In this document: one piece after another, positions 52,983 to 55,447 of the stretch
Layout of the letters: each line of letters starts with the position of its first letter
Numbering within the stretch: position 1 is the stretch's first letter
DNA from: a bacterium
GTDB lineage: Bacteria > Verrucomicrobiota > Kiritimatiellia > RFP12 > DVOR01
DNA length: 55,447 nucleotides
Direction: 5' to 3'
Assembly: GCA_030535915.1 (NCBI GenBank)
Contig: JAUNQZ010000001.1
Coordinates: 1-55,447 of the forward strand
The notes under the pieces: generated by a model
What the model was told of the DNA's origin: nothing
Database searches by the model: none
Seen by the model: the letters and a program-made list of their open reading frames with translations, nothing else
Translations under genes and position numbers: made by a program

Positions 52983-53147
52983 ATGAAAACAATTCTTTTT
53001 TTAAGTTGTGGTTTACTCCTTTGTGCCACTGGTTGCGTCAACCAAAGCGTTGAAGCACGCCGTGGAAATATCCCTTGGAATCAACCCAACGCCAATGATG
53101 GTATCATCGGTGTTCCCCAATCAATTCTTGACCAATACAATGAATGA
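52983..53147 (+). CDS. small lipoprotein (54 aa), unknown function
   Basis: MKTILFLSCGLLLCATGC provides a signal peptide plus lipobox-like ATGC. Its stop overlaps the ribD start in ATGAATGA. Confidence 0.5.
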   Translation: MKTILFLSCGLLLCATGCVNQSVEARRGNIPWNQPNANDGIIGVPQSILDQYNE

Positions 53148-54150
53148 TTGTAAAGCGCTCGCTCGCGCAATAACTTTGGCTTCTTCCGTTGTTGGACAAA
53201 CCGCCCCCAATCCTCCCGTTGGTGCCGTTTGTGTAAAACACGGCCAAATCATTGGCGAGGGCGCACATTTAAAAGCCGGCACTCCACATGCAGAAGTGCA
53301 TGCCCTAAACAACTGCTCAGAAGACCCCTCTGGCGCAACGCTCTATGTCACCCTTGAACCATGCTCAACCACGGGTAAAACGCCCCCTTGCTGCGATTAT
53401 ATTCAAGCAAAACGCATCCAACGCGTTGTAATTGGCTGTCTTGACCCCAATCCCAAACATGCGGGGCGTGGCGTTGACATCCTCCGTGCAGCAGGAATCC
53501 ATGTTGACCTTATCGATGGCCCCCAAAATGAAACCTGCAAAACACTCATTGCACCCTTCGTTAAAGCCATCACACAACAACGCCCCTATCTTCGCTTAAA
53601 ACTCGCAATGACCCTCGATGGCTACATTGCAGATGCCACCGCAAGTTCGCGTTGGATTACAGGCGAAAAAGCACGCGCATGGGTCCAAGAAATGCGTTCT
53701 AAAGTCGATGCAATTATGGTGGGAAGCGGCACCGTTCACAACGACCACCCTTCCCTACAACCCCATCTCCCCAACGCACCACAAAAATATCGCATTCTTG
53801 TTGACCGCAAAACGCCCATTGATCCCCGTGATAGAGACGATAAAACCCTCATCGCAACCCAAGACCTAGGCTACGATGGCAACGACCTTGATGCCCTACT
53901 AAAAGCCATTTGTCAACGCGGCATCAACGATATCCTTTGCGAAGGCGGCGGTCAACTCGCAGGCGCCCTCTTAGATCAAGACTGCGTTGATGAACTCTAC
54001 CTCTTCTACGCACCTAAAATTTTAGGTGATAAAAATGCATACCCAGGGCTTGCAATCCCCCCACGAAAGCTTAACCAAGCCCTTCAGTTTCAACACATTG
54101 AAACGCAAACCTTTGGGGAAGACACCCTCATCCATTTACGCATCAAATGA
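53140..54150 (+). CDS. ribD: bifunctional riboflavin biosynthesis protein RibD (deaminase/reductase)
   Basis: ATG 53140 gives MNDCKALARAITLA. Deaminase motifs are PNPPVGAV, HAEVHAL and LEPCSTTGKTPPC. A reductase domain follows. The track start at 53008 overlaps the small lipoprotein ORF and is rejected. Confidence 0.9.
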   Translation: MNDCKALARAITLASSVVGQTAPNPPVGAVCVKHGQIIGEGAHLKAGTPHAEVHALNNCSEDPSGATLYVTLEPCSTTGKTPPCCDYIQAKRIQRVVIGCLDPNPKHAGRGVDILRAAGIHVDLIDGPQNETCKTLIAPFVKAITQQRPYLRLKLAMTLDGYIADATASSRWITGEKARAWVQEMRSKVDAIMVGSGTVHNDHPSLQPHLPNAPQKYRILVDRKTPIDPRDRDDKTLIATQDLGYDGNDLDALLKAICQRGINDILCEGGGQLAGALLDQDCVDELYLFYAPKILGDKNAYPGLAIPPRKLNQALQFQHIETQTFGEDTLIHLRIK

Positions 54151-54536
54151 GCCCGCGTGCCACCCTCACTATCACCCCCCAAGGCCTCCATTATCAAGGA
54201 CCTCTAGGTGAAGAGTGCTTTGCTTGGGAACATCTCACCGACCTCACTACACAGACCTTCACACTGATGGGAATACTTCAAATCTCAAGCCCATCTCCCA
54301 TTGAAAACTCAACCCAATACACCCCCACATTAGGTGAGCCCATTCTCCCTCTCGCCCTCTTTAATCCCACGACCTCATTCGAGAAAATAAATCAAAAAGA
54401 GCTCTTACAACACCTTGAACATTTACATCAAACAATCAAAATAACAATTCAACGACTCGCAACAATCGCTCCAGAGCTCTCCCCCAAACTCCTTGTCCCA
54501 TTAGCTAAACTCCGTTCCCGCCTAGGCGCCCGTTAA
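54147..54536 (+). CDS. hypothetical protein
   Basis: 129-aa ORF overlapping the ribD stop as ATGA. I recognised no motif. Confidence 0.4.
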   Translation: MSPRATLTITPQGLHYQGPLGEECFAWEHLTDLTTQTFTLMGILQISSPSPIENSTQYTPTLGEPILPLALFNPTTSFEKINQKELLQHLEHLHQTIKITIQRLATIAPELSPKLLVPLAKLRSRLGAR

Positions 54537-54656
54537 TAAAACATCAACACCTAGATGGCGTTGATTAAAAAGTAAAAAGAGAACGCCTTAAATTGTTAAA
54601 CCAGCGTTTCTCATCCAATCATCATTCATAATATAAACTTTAAAAAAGCAAAGACT

Positions 54657-55124
54657 TCAATGCCAATATCGCCATAAAATAGCGAAGAGTGGAAATATTA
54701 TCCACGCAAGAATCGAGAGTACAATAAACCAAATCCAACGCCGACGAAGCCCTTCTGGTGTAAATGCCAAACGAATCGCATACGCAAAATCTGAAACCGA
54801 GGTGTAGGAGACACCCGGATCTTCCGAAAGCGCCTTTAAGAGTAACGCATCCCATGGCGCTTGCGATGCAGTTTTCGGTGTCAACCATCGCTGAGCGAGT
54901 AAAGCCAACGCCTTCACCTCTGAGATTTCAGGCTTTTGAAAAGTTCTATTCAACAAAAAGGGTTCCTGCCGCCGATCATCCCACCGTAAATTTTCATACG
55001 ATAAATCACAATAAGACCCCTCCTCCCCTTTACTTGCAACCACCGCATCACAAAGACACAACACCCAAGCTAACACTTGCGCATCACCACGTGGAGAGGG
55101 CAACGATCTAAATCTTGATTCCAT
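54657..55124 (-). CDS. Hanks-type Ser/Thr kinase C-lobe-like fragment with C-terminal TM anchor (mini-protein or 5'-truncated remnant)
   Basis: WDALLLKALSEDPGVSYTSVSDFAYAI parallels kinase subdomain XI (PknB LDAVVLKALAKNPENRYQTAAEM). DAQVLAWVLCLCDAVV parallels subdomain IX. There is no catalytic loop, DFG or N-lobe. The TM segment is WIWFIVLSILAWIIFPLFAILW. I prefer ATG 55124 over GTG 55133. Confidence 0.45.
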   Translation of the reverse strand: MESRFRSLPSPRGDAQVLAWVLCLCDAVVASKGEEGSYCDLSYENLRWDDRRQEPFLLNRTFQKPEISEVKALALLAQRWLTPKTASQAPWDALLLKALSEDPGVSYTSVSDFAYAIRLAFTPEGLRRRWIWFIVLSILAWIIFPLFAILWRYWH

Positions 55125-55155
55125 CAATCTCACCGATTAAATCCATAAAAATATC

Positions 55156-55164
55156 ATTTTACCA
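55156..55164 (-). promoter_or_regulatory. extended -10 element TGgTAAAAT (minus strand) upstream of the kinase-fragment ORF
   Basis: The minus strand reads tggtaaaat. The leader is ~25 nt and contains a ggtgag SD-like element before ATG 55124. Confidence 0.35.
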
Positions 55165-55216
55165 TAAGGAGAAACGAAAAAGCAACCATTAATCTCGGAA
55201 AAAAGCTGCGTACATC

Positions 55217-55305
55217 CATAGACCGGGGCATCTACAAAACCCTCCACTCAAAATATAAGCGACCTTTCATAGACCAGATCGTCTACAAAACCCTCTACTA
55301 AAAAT
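55217..55305. repeat. two 38-nt direct repeats, 51-nt period
   Basis: CATAGACCGGGGCATCTACAAAACCCTCCACTCAAAAT (55217-55254) and CATAGACCAGATCGTCTACAAAACCCTCTACTAAAAAT (55268-55305) are identical at 32 of 38 positions. Confidence 0.7.
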
Positions 55306-55351
55306 TCCAAAAGGGGATAGCGCGAAGAGGTTTGCGGTGAGGGACAAAGAC

Positions 55352-55387
55352 AAAAAAAGCACCTGACTGCTTTCGCAATCAGGTGCT
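55352..55387 (-). terminator. intrinsic terminator of the rRNA operon (downstream of 5S, minus strand)
   Basis: The minus strand reads agcacctgattgc-gaaa-gcagtcaggtgct, a 12/13-bp stem followed by T7. Confidence 0.7.
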
Positions 55388-55391
55388 GGAG

Positions 55392-55447
55392 TATCCGGCA
55401 ACGTGCTACTCTCCCACAGGCGAACCCTGCAGTACCCTCGCCGATGA
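55392..55447 (-). rRNA. rrf: 5S rRNA, 3' portion (continues beyond the right edge)
   Basis: The reverse complement, ...CGGCGAGGGTACTGCAGGGTTCGCCTGTGGGAGAGTAGCACGTTGCCGGAT, aligns by eye with the E. coli 5S 3' half (...GCGCCGATGGTAGTGTGGGGTCTCCCCATGCGAGAGTAGGGAACTGCCAGGCAT). Confidence 0.85.

Noticed and set aside
53008-53139. Longer RibD start at 53008
   Set aside because: The extension (MVYSFVPLVASTK...) has no similarity to RibD N-termini and overlaps the small lipoprotein ORF in another frame. ATG 53140 gives the canonical deaminase N-terminus.
1-55447. Mobile elements, CRISPR arrays, toxin-antitoxin pairs, restriction-modification or other defence systems
   Set aside because: I saw no transposase, integrase or recombinase-like ORF, no array of short regular repeats, no small paired ORFs with TA-like features, and no methyltransferase or nuclease signatures. 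The tRNA-Gln is not flanked by an integrase or direct repeats.

Overview
This is a 55.4-kb chromosomal window dominated by housekeeping genes, from a diderm-type bacterium. Lnt, many lipobox proteins and a pseudopilin-like domain support that; I cannot assign a phylum from sequence alone. By eye GC is in the mid-40s to ~50% and uneven between genes.

I support about 45 protein-coding genes:
- htpG, dnaX-ybaB-recR-rlmN, a Gpt-like PRTase, and a fused rpiB-glyA.
- An orphan Opp/YejB-type permease, then uvrC, ybeY and pfk.
- Two parvulin PPIase paralogues bracketing a GH84 beta-N-acetylglucosaminidase.
- A large polytopic membrane protein, then a 1398-aa Lnt with a long TPR-like tail.
- asnC plus an aminotransferase, gdhA, and hrpB-uvrA-epmA-tilS on the minus strand.
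- oadGAB and an M6-like metalloprotease.
- A 7-gene minus-strand cluster (ABC-2 transporter, MBL hydrolase, lipoprotein, Cys-rich protein, Fe-ADH).
- recA, ribD and a few small unknowns.

RNA genes are one tRNA-Gln(CTG) and the 3' end of a minus-strand 5S rRNA with its terminator at the right edge. I saw no transposase, integrase, CRISPR array, toxin-antitoxin pair or recognisable defence gene, so this does not look like an accessory island.

The most unusual items are:
1. The Lnt-TPR giant fusion inside a run of envelope-biogenesis genes.
2. Two parvulin paralogues whose HIL strand signature lies after, not before, the parvulin core.
3. A recurring promoter architecture (TGn-extended -10 ending 6-8 nt before an ATG with no SD) that predicts several leaderless mRNAs.
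4. An RpiB-SHMT fusion co-transcribed with a leaderless-pilin-type GspG-like protein.
5. OadB with a ~160-aa N-terminal extension.
6. A stand-alone C-lobe fragment of a Hanks-type kinase next to 51-bp-spaced direct repeats at the rRNA operon boundary.

All calls come from reading the sequence and the ORF translations. No database search was run.
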